Shown here one piece after another: positions 53,829 through 62,646 of a DNA stretch of 64,000 nt. The DNA comes from an uncultured delta proteobacterium. Its GTDB lineage: Bacteria > Myxococcota_A > Polyangia > Polyangiales > Houyiibacteriaceae. The notes under the pieces are model-generated. The model worked only from the letters and a program-made list of their open reading frames with translations. It did not search any database and was not told the origin of the DNA. Numbering within the stretch: position 1 is the first letter of the stretch; each line of letters begins with the position of its first letter. Where the stretch lies: assembly GCA_963753395.1 (NCBI GenBank), contig CAVWBW010000008.1, forward strand, positions 64,064 to 128,063, written 5' to 3'. The translations under genes and the position numbers were made by a program.

Positions 53829-53867
53829 GCATTCCGGATAGGCGATTGGCCCATCGGTGGCCAGTTT

Positions 53868-54803
53868 TCAGCGCAACGCCGCGTACCGAGGATCGCCGGG
53901 GCGCAGCGCGAGGGCGTTTCGGATCTGCGCGAAGCGCGCCGACACCGAGGTCGGAGCAACGCCGTACCGGCGCGCGACCTCAGCCTGAGTGCAACCGGGC
54001 CGCTGCTCGACGACCGCAATCGCGTACTCCAATGCGGCCGCCAACACCTCGGGCTTCGTCACACGGAGCTCACAGTGCGCTTGCATGTCGGACCACAACT
54101 GGGTGGCCCGCTCAATCTCTGCGCGGGAGAAACCCGCTTCGCCCATCTTGCGCTGCACGGTCTCCGCGACGCGATCCCCCGGAGGGCGGCGAACGTTTGC
54201 CGGCGCAGCGGGCGCATCGGTCGCGCCGCCGCGAATCCATTCGAGGAGCCCACGGTGATCGGGATTGCATGGCCCCATTTCCTGGGCGAGCTCCGCGAGG
54301 CGCTGGGCCTCTTCGAGGTCGCCCAAGCGAGCCACGCAATGCGCGAGCGAGCCGATGATCTCGTCATGATCGGGCTCGAGCTCGAACGCGCGGCGCAGAT
54401 GCCGCTCCGCTCCGACCGCATCATCGAGCGCGACGTCCATCAAGTGGCCGAGGTTGTGATGGTACCAAGGCGTTTGCGGCGCGATCCGCGATGCGTCGCG
54501 ATACGAACGCACCGCGACACGATAGTTGCCAAGCAGCGCATGGCAGAGACCCATCAACGCGTGCAGCACGTCGTCTTCGGTGCAGTGGGTGAGCAGGCGG
54601 CGCAGGTGCAGCGCCGCTTTCCAAGGGTTGCTTTCGAGGTGGAGCTCCGCCAAGTGGCGATGCGCGAACAGAGCCGCGTCGCTTCCGTCCTCAGCCATGG
54701 ACAGCAGCTGAGTCAGCAGACCTTCGGCTCGCTTCGACGAAGCTTCGAGCGCTTCTTCCGCTTGCGCCCAAACTTCTTCGACCGTGCTCGCCCGTCGACC
54801 CAT
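53868..54803 (-). CDS. TPR protein with C-terminal TFIIB/cyclin-like HTH
   Basis: TPRs (HALMGLCHALLGNY, WYHHNLGHL); KPEVLAAALEY...TQAEVARRYGV. Confidence 0.75.
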   Translation of the reverse strand: MGRRASTVEEVWAQAEEALEASSKRAEGLLTQLLSMAEDGSDAALFAHRHLAELHLESNPWKAALHLRRLLTHCTEDDVLHALMGLCHALLGNYRVAVRSYRDASRIAPQTPWYHHNLGHLMDVALDDAVGAERHLRRAFELEPDHDEIIGSLAHCVARLGDLEEAQRLAELAQEMGPCNPDHRGLLEWIRGGATDAPAAPANVRRPPGDRVAETVQRKMGEAGFSRAEIERATQLWSDMQAHCELRVTKPEVLAAALEYAIAVVEQRPGCTQAEVARRYGVAPTSVSARFAQIRNALALRPGDPRYAALR

Positions 54804-54890
54804 CTGCATTCGTATAGCCCTTCGGTTTTTTGAAAGCAAGACTCGACCATTCTGCACTGAGCGCCTCTATGAGGTATGCTTGCCCGAACG

Positions 54891-55376
54891 ATGCCTGAAG
54901 AATTCGACGAAGACCTGTCCTCCGACCCCGAACGACAGGAAGGTGAACGCCGCTGGTCGGAAGGTGTCTTGCGCGACACACTCCGCAGAGCCGTCGAGAA
55001 GGGAATCGAAGCTGGCGTCGGAACGCTTCGAAGCGCGGACAGTGCATTGCGCGGCGTCACACAGGACGGGAAGCTTCCGAAAGAGGTCATCGGCTACGTC
55101 TTCGCGTCGGTGGACGAAACGAAGAACGCACTCGTTCGTGGCGTCGCGAAAGAAGTGCGCGACTTCTTGGAAGCAACCGATATTGCTGGCGAGTTCTACC
55201 GCGCGCTGACATCGCTATCGTTCGAGGTGAAGACCGAAATCCGTTTCATCCCGAACGACGCGGGCGGTGTTCGGCCGCAGGTGAAGGCGCGCGCGGTGCA
55301 GAAGCGTAAGCGGCGCAAGGGTGTCGTCGAAACCGAGCAAATCATACCGCCGGTCGACGATTCGGGTGAGTCCTGA
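54891..55376 (+). CDS. Hypothetical protein
   Basis: Open frame with typical codon usage, directly upstream of cobA/hemD. Confidence 0.7.
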   Translation: MPEEFDEDLSSDPERQEGERRWSEGVLRDTLRRAVEKGIEAGVGTLRSADSALRGVTQDGKLPKEVIGYVFASVDETKNALVRGVAKEVRDFLEATDIAGEFYRALTSLSFEVKTEIRFIPNDAGGVRPQVKARAVQKRKRRKGVVETEQIIPPVDDSGES

Positions 55377-55381
55377 GGGGG

Positions 55382-56920
55382 ATGACCGCGCCCGGGACAG
55401 TGTATTTGGTGGGTGCCGGCCCTGGTGATCCGGAGTTGATCACCGCGCGGGGCCTCCGCCGGCTCCAAGAAGCCGACATGGTGCTCTACGACGCGCTCAT
55501 TCACCCGGACCAGCTCCATGCGGTGAAACCAGGCGCGGAGCTCGTGTTTGTTGGAAAGCGAGCGGGGCGCGTCAGCGAACGTCAGGCCGCGATCAACCGC
55601 CGGCTGGTCGAGGCGGCGCGGCAGGGCAAGACCGTCGTCCGGCTCAAAGGCGGCGACCCCTACCTCTTTGGTCGTGGTTCGGAGGAAGCCGAGCTGCTCG
55701 CGGCGGAGGGCGTCGCGTTCGAGGTCGTGCCCGGCGTCCCCTCCCCCCTCGCCGCGACGGCCTACGCCGGCCTCTCGCTGACCCACCGCGAGCTCGCCTC
55801 GAGCGTGGCTTACGTGACCGCGACCGAATCTGTCGAGAAAGACCGGACGGGGCATGATTGGTCGAAGCTCGCGACGGCGACGCAGACGCTCGTGATCTTC
55901 ATGGGCATGCGCAAGCTCGACTCTCTCGCGAAGCTCCTGATCGAACATGGGCGCCCTCGGGACACCCCCGTTGCCGTCGTGCAGTGGGCGTCCCTCCCGA
56001 GGCAACGCACGGTCGTCGGAACGCTCGAAGACATCCACGCACGCGCTTCTGCGGCGGGCCTCGGGCTCCCGGCGCTCACGATCGTAGGCGAGGTCGTTCG
56101 CCTTCGCGACAACCTTCGCTGGTTCGACACCAAGCCTCTTTTCGGCAAACGCGTCTTAATCACCCGCGCGGTGCACCAAGCAGGCTCGCTTGCGGCTCTC
56201 CTTCGCGACGAGGGGGCGCAGCCCTTGCTCGCGCCGACGATTCGGATCGCGCCGCCCGTCGACGTGGGACCGCTCCGGGACGCGATCACGCACCTCGATT
56301 GCTACAATTGGGTGCTCTTCACGAGCGGCAACACGGTCGACTCCTTCTTCGCCGCTCTCGCTGCCGAGGGGCTCGATGCACGCGCGATCGGGAGCGCCCG
56401 CGTGTGTGCGATTGGCGTAAAAACCGAGTCGGTCTTGTCCGCGTACGGGATCCGGCCCGATTTGGTCCCCGAGGACGCGCGGGCCGAGGGCGTCATCGCG
56501 GCGCTCCGGCCGACGCTCCGCGATCGCACGCGCATCTTGCTGCCGCGCGCCGAAGTGGCCCGTGAGCTTCTCCCCGAGACGCTGCGCGCGCTGGGCGCCG
56601 AGGTCGACGTCGTGACGGCTTACCGAAACCTCCCTCCGGAGGCCACCGAGGTTGCGCGCATCGAGAGCCTCATCGATCCCGGGGAGACCGACGCGGTGCT
56701 CTTCACCTCATCCTCGACGGTGCGAAACCTGTACGACCTCCTCGGAGACGACGCCGGGGAGCGCCTCAACGCCCTCGCCCTCTTTTCGATCGGCCCCGTG
56801 ACCACCAAGACAGCCGAAGCGCTCGGACTACGGGTGAAGGCCACCGCGGCCGAACAGAGCATCGAATCGCTGGTCGTGGCCGCACGCGCGTACTATGCCG
56901 AGGGGGATGGCAATGATTGA
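55382..56920 (+). CDS. cobA: Uroporphyrinogen-III C-methyltransferase/synthase fusion (CobA/HemD)
   Basis: VYLVGAGPGDPELIT, RLKGGDPYLFGRG, then PLFGKRVLITR, FTSGNTV, FTSSSTV. Confidence 0.93.
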   Translation: MTAPGTVYLVGAGPGDPELITARGLRRLQEADMVLYDALIHPDQLHAVKPGAELVFVGKRAGRVSERQAAINRRLVEAARQGKTVVRLKGGDPYLFGRGSEEAELLAAEGVAFEVVPGVPSPLAATAYAGLSLTHRELASSVAYVTATESVEKDRTGHDWSKLATATQTLVIFMGMRKLDSLAKLLIEHGRPRDTPVAVVQWASLPRQRTVVGTLEDIHARASAAGLGLPALTIVGEVVRLRDNLRWFDTKPLFGKRVLITRAVHQAGSLAALLRDEGAQPLLAPTIRIAPPVDVGPLRDAITHLDCYNWVLFTSGNTVDSFFAALAAEGLDARAIGSARVCAIGVKTESVLSAYGIRPDLVPEDARAEGVIAALRPTLRDRTRILLPRAEVARELLPETLRALGAEVDVVTAYRNLPPEATEVARIESLIDPGETDAVLFTSSSTVRNLYDLLGDDAGERLNALALFSIGPVTTKTAEALGLRVKATAAEQSIESLVVAARAYYAEGDGND

Positions 56921-57317
56921 ACGGGCCTGGCGGATCGGCGCGGTGGTGATGCTCGCCGGCGGATTCGGATGCGGAGGCGATCCTTGCAGTGACGCAGAGG
57001 ACCGAACGGTGCTCCTGAGCGAGCTCCCGTGCAGCTCGCTCGATGCCGGAGGTGTGTGGGAGTCCCACCCGTGGCCACCCATCGCGGACGAGCAATGTTA
57101 TTGGTTCGAGTTCCGCGCCTGCAGCATCTACCGATTCGAAAACCCCCTCCCGGAGGCCCCGACGACGGTGATTGGCTACACCTCCTTCGATTCGGACGGC
57201 AGCTTCTCCACGCTCGGGTCGGGCAATAGCTTCGTCGTCGAAGAAGCCACGGACTCCGAGGTCGTCATCCGCAACGCCCAGAACCAGCTTTTCTGGCTGC
57301 GCCTCGTGCTCGAGTGA
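56913..57317 (+). CDS. Hypothetical lipoprotein
   Basis: Signal ending GGFGC, Cys-containing; overlaps the cobA/hemD stop. Confidence 0.6.
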   Translation: MIERAWRIGAVVMLAGGFGCGGDPCSDAEDRTVLLSELPCSSLDAGGVWESHPWPPIADEQCYWFEFRACSIYRFENPLPEAPTTVIGYTSFDSDGSFSTLGSGNSFVVEEATDSEVVIRNAQNQLFWLRLVLE

Positions 57318-57361
57318 CCCCCTAGCGCATCGCTCAGAGGGGCCTTAGGTTAGCCGGGCAT

Positions 57362-57694
57362 ATGGCGGAGAGGTTCGAGAACGACGCCGGCACGATCACC
57401 AAGGTCAAACCGGAGAAAAAGCTCAAACGTCCGCGGCTCTACCGGGTTTTGCTACACAATGATGACTACACCACCAGAGAATTCGTCGTCTTCGTCCTCG
57501 AGTCGGTCTTCCACCTGGGCGAGCAGGACGCGATCCGGGTCATGCTTCACGTCCACCACAACGGCGTCGGCGTGGCCGGCGTGTTCACTCGCGAGGTCGC
57601 CGAGAGCAAGGTTCAACGGGTCGAGCGCCTCGCCGCAGAGCAGGAATTCCCTCTCCGTCTGACGATGGAACCGGAAGAAGAGGAAGATCGCTAA
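57362..57694 (+). CDS. clpS: Clp protease adaptor ClpS
   Basis: YRVLLHNDDYTTREFV, MLHVHHNG, FPLRLTME. Confidence 0.97.
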   Translation: MAERFENDAGTITKVKPEKKLKRPRLYRVLLHNDDYTTREFVVFVLESVFHLGEQDAIRVMLHVHHNGVGVAGVFTREVAESKVQRVERLAAEQEFPLRLTMEPEEEEDR

Positions 57695-57695
57695 C

Positions 57696-59993
57696 ATGGC
57701 AGGCCCCGTCATCGACAAAGAGCTCCAAGCCACACTCCGCAAAGCCTTCGACCAAGCGGGACTCATGCGCCACGAGTACGTGACCCTCGAGCACCTGCTT
57801 CTCGCGCTTACAGACGACCCGAATGCGTCCAAGGCGCTCGGCGCCTGCGGTGCTGACGTGAAGCGGCTTCGGAAGCGCCTCGAGGAGTTCATTCAGGAGC
57901 GGTTGGCGCGCATCCCCGAGAACGTCTCGGTAGAGCCACGGCAGACCTTGGCAGTGGAACGCGTGCTGCAGCGCGCCGCCATACACGCGATCTCGTCCGA
58001 GATGAAGACGATCGACGGCAGCAACGTTCTGGTCCAGCTCCTCAAGGAAGAGGAGTCGTTCGCGGCCTTCGTCCTTCAGGAAGAAGGCCTCTCACCCCTG
58101 GACCTCAAGCGCTACATCTCGCACGGCGTTGGCACCGACATCGTCCCTGGCGAGAGCGACGCCTACACCGACACCGACTTCGAGGACGATGAAGGCGAAG
58201 GGGCTGGGGGACGCGACCCTCTCGAGGCCTTTGCGACCGATCTCATCGCGGAAGCGGCGGAGGGCCGGATCGACCCTCTGATCGGGCGCGAAGACGAGCT
58301 CCACAGGACCGTGCAGGTGCTTTGCCGGCGGCGGAAGAACAACCCGGTCTTCGTGGGTGAGCCTGGCGTCGGCAAGACGGCCATCGCAGAGGGCCTCGCG
58401 CGACGGGTCTACGAGGGCCGCGTACCGAAGGTTCTCGAAGACGCCCAGATCTTCTCTCTCGACATGGGCGCCCTGCTCGCCGGCACGAAGTTCCGCGGCC
58501 AGTTCGAGGAGCGCCTCAAGGCCGTGATGAAGCGGCTCCAAGAGCTCGACAACGCCATCCTGTTCATCGACGAGATTCACACCATCGTCGGCGCCGGCGC
58601 GACCACGGGCAGCTCGATGGATGCCTCCAACATCCTCAAGCCAGCCCTCGCGTCAGGGAAGCTTCGATGCCTGGGTTCGACCACCTATGCCGACTTCAAG
58701 CACCTCGATCGCGACCGGGCGCTCGCGAGGCGATTCCAGAAGATCGAGGTCCACGAACCAAGTGTCGAAGACACGATCGAGATCCTCAAGGGCCTCCGAC
58801 CGTATTACGAAGACCACCACGAGGTGAAGTACGACGACGACGCGATCGAAGCCTCGGTGCACCTGGCGCAGAAGCACCTCGTCGAGCGCTTCCTTCCGGA
58901 CAAGGCGATCGACGTCATCGACGAGGCCGGTTCGCTCGAACGCATGCGCCCCGAGAAGGAGCGAACCCATCGGATCACGATCAAGGAAATCGAGCGCGTC
59001 GTCAGTAAGATGGCCCGTGTGCCGGTGGAGTCCGTCAGTGCGAAGGAACGAGACCAGCTCAAAGAGCTCGGCCCTGAGCTTCGCAAGGTCATCTTCGGCC
59101 AGAACGAGGCGGTCGACAAAGTCGTCAGCGCGATCACGCTCTCGCGCGCCGGCCTTCGAGCCGATCACAAGCCGATCGGATCGTTCCTCTTCGCCGGGCC
59201 GACCGGCGTTGGTAAGACGGAGCTCGCAAGACAGCTCGCGCGCGTGATGGGAGTCGAGCTCCTCCGCTTCGACATGAGTGAGTACAGCGAGCGGCACTCT
59301 GTGTCCCGCTTGATTGGCGCCCCGCCGGGCTATGTTGGATTCGACCAAGGGGGATTGCTCACGGACGCCGTCCGCAAGCACCCGCACGCCGTCGTGATCC
59401 TCGACGAAATCGAAAAGGCGCATCCGGAGCTCTTCAACATCCTGCTTCAGGTGATGGACCATGCGAAGCTCACCGACAACAACGGACGCGAGGCGGACTT
59501 CCGCAACATCGTGCTCGTGATGACGACCAACGCCGGAGCTTTCGAGGCCACCGAGAAGGTCGTTGGCTTTGGCGGCGGCGAGGAGCCGAAAGACTTCGCC
59601 AGCGGACGCGCGCGCCAAGCGATCGAGCGGATCTTCACGCCGGAGTTCCGCAATCGGCTCGATTCGGTGGTGTACTTCAGCGGCCTTCACAAGAAGGTCA
59701 TCCGCAAAGTCGTCGACAAGGAGGTCGGCCTCCTTTGCGAGATGCTTGCGGAGAAGCAGGTTCGCCTCGAGCTCAGCGACGCGGCCCGCGACTGGCTCGC
59801 CGAGCACGGCTACGACCCGCAGATGGGCGCGCGGCCGATGGCCCGCCTCGTCGAGCAAAAGCTCAAGAAGCCCCTGGCCGAAGCGATGGTCTTCGGGACC
59901 CTCGAGGAAGGCGGCACCGCGCTGGCGGAGGTGCAGGATGGAGAGCTCAGCCTCTCCTTTCACGCGACGAACGCACCGCCGGCCGAGGCCTGA
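57696..59993 (+). CDS. clpA: ATP-dependent Clp protease ATP-binding subunit ClpA
   Basis: [42 protein letters not shown]; follows clpS. Confidence 0.97.
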   Translation: MAGPVIDKELQATLRKAFDQAGLMRHEYVTLEHLLLALTDDPNASKALGACGADVKRLRKRLEEFIQERLARIPENVSVEPRQTLAVERVLQRAAIHAISSEMKTIDGSNVLVQLLKEEESFAAFVLQEEGLSPLDLKRYISHGVGTDIVPGESDAYTDTDFEDDEGEGAGGRDPLEAFATDLIAEAAEGRIDPLIGREDELHRTVQVLCRRRKNNPVFVGEPGVGKTAIAEGLARRVYEGRVPKVLEDAQIFSLDMGALLAGTKFRGQFEERLKAVMKRLQELDNAILFIDEIHTIVGAGATTGSSMDASNILKPALASGKLRCLGSTTYADFKHLDRDRALARRFQKIEVHEPSVEDTIEILKGLRPYYEDHHEVKYDDDAIEASVHLAQKHLVERFLPDKAIDVIDEAGSLERMRPEKERTHRITIKEIERVVSKMARVPVESVSAKERDQLKELGPELRKVIFGQNEAVDKVVSAITLSRAGLRADHKPIGSFLFAGPTGVGKTELARQLARVMGVELLRFDMSEYSERHSVSRLIGAPPGYVGFDQGGLLTDAVRKHPHAVVILDEIEKAHPELFNILLQVMDHAKLTDNNGREADFRNIVLVMTTNAGAFEATEKVVGFGGGEEPKDFASGRARQAIERIFTPEFRNRLDSVVYFSGLHKKVIRKVVDKEVGLLCEMLAEKQVRLELSDAARDWLAEHGYDPQMGARPMARLVEQKLKKPLAEAMVFGTLEEGGTALAEVQDGELSLSFHATNAPPAEA

Positions 59994-60046
59994 GCGTCGA
60001 GAACGACCCTCCATGGCGGCCTTGCGCTAGCCTACGGCGTCCATCG

Positions 60047-60772
60047 ATGCCCGTGTACCTACTCGACAAGGAACTGATCTTCCCGCCGCCCGAAGATGCC
60101 AATGAAGAAGGCATCGTTGCGGTCGGCGGTGATCTCTGCCCTCAACGGCTGCTGCTGGCCTACCAACAAGGCATCTTCCCGTGGCCGGCTCGCGGCTATC
60201 CTTTGCTCTGGTTCTCGCCAGACCCTCGTTTCGCCCTCGTGCCGACGCGGACCCACGTCTCTCGGTCGCTTCGCAAGGTCATGCGCAAAGGAGAGCTCCG
60301 TGTTACCGCGGACACCGCGTTCGCGGATGTGATCACCGCGTGCGCCGCCGTGCCCCGCCCTAAGCAGCAGGGCACTTGGATCACCCGAGAGCTTCGCGAA
60401 GGCTACCTCGGGCTCCACGAGCTCGGATATGCGCATAGCATCGAGGCCTGGCGCGATGATCAACTGGTTGGCGGCCTCTACGGAGTGGCGATTGGGAAGA
60501 CGTTTGCCGGCGAATCGATGTTCGCGTCGGAGCCGGATGCATCGAAGGTCGCGTTCACGACTCTGCTAGGGCACCTCGCCGCGTGGGGCTTTCGCATCGT
60601 GGACTGCCAAGTACATACCGATCACTTAGCGCGCTTCGGCGCCACCATGTGGCCGCGAGAGCGCTTCCTCGGCGAGTGGCGCGCGGCGGTCGACGAGCCG
60701 AGCCGGATCGCGCCGTGGGAGCTGAACATGTCCCCGGAGGAGTCCCTCGCGTGCTTGCGATCGGGGCGATGA
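60047..60772 (+). CDS. aat: Leucyl/phenylalanyl-tRNA-protein transferase
   Basis: GGDL, AYQQGIFPW, WFSPDPR, AHSIEAW, LVGGLYG, GESMF, ASKVA, DCQ; start ATG 60047. Confidence 0.96.
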   Translation: MPVYLLDKELIFPPPEDANEEGIVAVGGDLCPQRLLLAYQQGIFPWPARGYPLLWFSPDPRFALVPTRTHVSRSLRKVMRKGELRVTADTAFADVITACAAVPRPKQQGTWITRELREGYLGLHELGYAHSIEAWRDDQLVGGLYGVAIGKTFAGESMFASEPDASKVAFTTLLGHLAAWGFRIVDCQVHTDHLARFGATMWPRERFLGEWRAAVDEPSRIAPWELNMSPEESLACLRSGR

Positions 60773-60804
60773 TCGCGCGGATCTGGAGCCCCGTCCGGCC
60801 TCGC

Positions 60805-61635
60805 TTACTTCGGCGTACGGACGATGATCGTCCCGATGTCCGGAGCCAGAAGCTCGATCGGGAACACACCGTAGACCTGAAGCTCGCCCTGTAGCCGGGT
60901 CTTCTCACAGTACCCGGCGGGCGACACCGCAAGCCGTTTTGCTCGCGAGGCGGGATCGCGAATCAGGGCGTCGACCTGGGGCGGAGTGTCCCAATGGAAG
61001 AGACGCTCGCCCTTGTAGAGGTAGACCCAGACCGGATCGTCCTTGGCCGCCTCCACGCGGAACTGGCGACTCAAGCGCTGCGCCAGGCGCGACAATGGGA
61101 TTCCGGCAAGGACCGCACCCACGACCTTCCCGTCTTTCATCGATGGCGCAGCGAAGAGGATCGACCAAGACGATGGCGCCTCGGGATCCTGAGCGAAGAA
61201 CTCGCCTAGCCCTGTCCCCGAGCTGCCCGCGAGCGCCTGTCGAACGACCTCGAAGCGCGACTTGAAGTCCTGTCCGGTCATTCGGTCCTCCTCCCGATCG
61301 CGCGCAATCACGACACCATCGGGACCGATGGCCGCGAGGAAGGACATCGGGGAGGCAACGAATTCATCAATCCCCTTCTTTGGTTGCTGGAGAATTCTCA
61401 ACGCCGCCCGGATTTGAGACTTGCGCTTCTCAGGATCGTCAACCGCGAACCCCGGCGCGATTTTCGCCGCGGCCTTCACGACGCCGGCCTGGTGGTTCTC
61501 GAGATCCTGCTGAACCAAAGTCCGCACCCGCTGGAGGTCGACCTCCCGGAGCTGGGTTTCGGTACGCTCGATGGCCGCGCGGTTCTCGCAGGCGACGAGC
61601 ATGAACCCGACCAGTAGCAAAGCCCCCCAGCGCAT
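60805..61635 (-). CDS. Lipoprotein with Cache-like domain
   Basis: Lipobox LVAC; IGPDGVVIAR...FAAPSMKDGKVVGAV strands. Confidence 0.65.
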   Translation of the reverse strand: MRWGALLLVGFMLVACENRAAIERTETQLREVDLQRVRTLVQQDLENHQAGVVKAAAKIAPGFAVDDPEKRKSQIRAALRILQQPKKGIDEFVASPMSFLAAIGPDGVVIARDREEDRMTGQDFKSRFEVVRQALAGSSGTGLGEFFAQDPEAPSSWSILFAAPSMKDGKVVGAVLAGIPLSRLAQRLSRQFRVEAAKDDPVWVYLYKGERLFHWDTPPQVDALIRDPASRAKRLAVSPAGYCEKTRLQGELQVYGVFPIELLAPDIGTIIVRTPK

Positions 61636-61662
61636 GACCAAAGCGTAGCATCTCGCGTTCGG

Positions 61663-61680
61663 AAAACCGCGAAAGCGGTT
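61663..61680 (-). terminator. Putative terminator hairpin (minus strand)
   Basis: AACCGC-N4-GCGGTT followed by TT on the minus strand. Confidence 0.45.
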
Positions 61681-61690
61681 CTAACGTCCC

Positions 61691-61808
61691 GGAGAATCGG
61701 TCGCGACGCACGTGCTCGCGCCGGGGACCCCGCTCGGCCGTCTCCAAACGGCGCCATACAACTCGCCTCCCGCCCCGTCGCTGTGCCGCGCATCCCGACC
61801 GATTCTCC
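61691..61808 (-). ncRNA. Candidate structured RNA or MITE-like long hairpin
   Basis: 22-bp terminal inverted arms (19/22 identical; two of the three mismatches become G-U pairs on the minus strand) and inner stems. Confidence 0.4.
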
Positions 61809-61826
61809 TCCACACGCAACCGCCCC

Positions 61827-61983
61827 GCCCCCAATCCATGCGCGGCAGCGCGAGCCCGAAGGGCGAAGCCCGGCGCGAATGCGCCGCCAAGCCTCGGCGA
61901 AGCAAGGGGCGCGGAGGGAGGACTACGGGCGGAGGCGGGCGGGTCGGATGTAACTAAACCTCCCGACGCCATTCGCGTCCGCT
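61827..61983 (+). repeat. Dispersed REP-like element, copy 3 (full length)
   Basis: High identity to copies 1 and 2, with a compensatory GCCC-GAA-GGGC hairpin. Confidence 0.85.
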
Positions 61984-62076
61984 GACGCCGACGCTTGCGC
62001 CGAAGGCCCGTGGGCGGTGCGCAGCATCGCCTCTACGGGCTGGCGCTGGGGCCGACGCTGGGGCACGCTAGCTGGG

Positions 62077-62643
62077 ATGCACGAAGTGACCCAAGAAGCC
62101 GCCTCCACGACCAACCTAATCAACGCCATGGATCTCCGCTTCATGACGCTCGACGAGCTCGTCGCGCTCTTTCGTCGCCTCCCGGCCCCGTCGTTCGAAA
62201 AGATGCACGGTGAGTTCGCAGCGACGCTGCTCGAACAAGGGAGCGGCAGGGCGTTCATCACCGGACAGGTCGCGCTGAACATCAACGGCCGTTGGCTCTG
62301 CAAGGCATTCGAGCCCAGCGGGCCGAACGAAGGCCACGGCTACAACAGCTTCATGACACCGCGCGGCGTGAAGCGCGCGGTACGCATGAAGACGCGAATC
62401 GGTCCTTCGAAGATCCAAGGCGATTCCAACGACAGCTTCCATCTCGAGTACGCAGACTTGAACGACTTCAAACGAGGCGGCCCGGGCGGCGCATTCGTCC
62501 ACACGATGTTCGACGAGCTCCGTCAGGCCGGCCCCGGTCTCTACCTCGGCATCGGCCGCGTGGGCTTCACGAAGAAGCAACTCGACGAGCTCCACCCATT
62601 TATCCTCGAGGGGCCAGTGGCCGATTTCGTGCAGAAGAAGTAG
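62077..62643 (+). CDS. Hypothetical beta-rich protein
   Basis: WLCKAF...GYNSF...LEYA...DELRQAGPGLYLG pattern; start uncertain; stop is 3 bp before the next gene. Confidence 0.65.
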   Translation: MHEVTQEAASTTNLINAMDLRFMTLDELVALFRRLPAPSFEKMHGEFAATLLEQGSGRAFITGQVALNINGRWLCKAFEPSGPNEGHGYNSFMTPRGVKRAVRMKTRIGPSKIQGDSNDSFHLEYADLNDFKRGGPGGAFVHTMFDELRQAGPGLYLGIGRVGFTKKQLDELHPFILEGPVADFVQKK

Positions 62644-62646
62644 CGG

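Noticed and set aside
61691..61808. tRNA-Sec or SRP RNA identity for the long hairpin
   Set aside because: No anticodon/T-loop pattern and no SRP domain IV motif seen.
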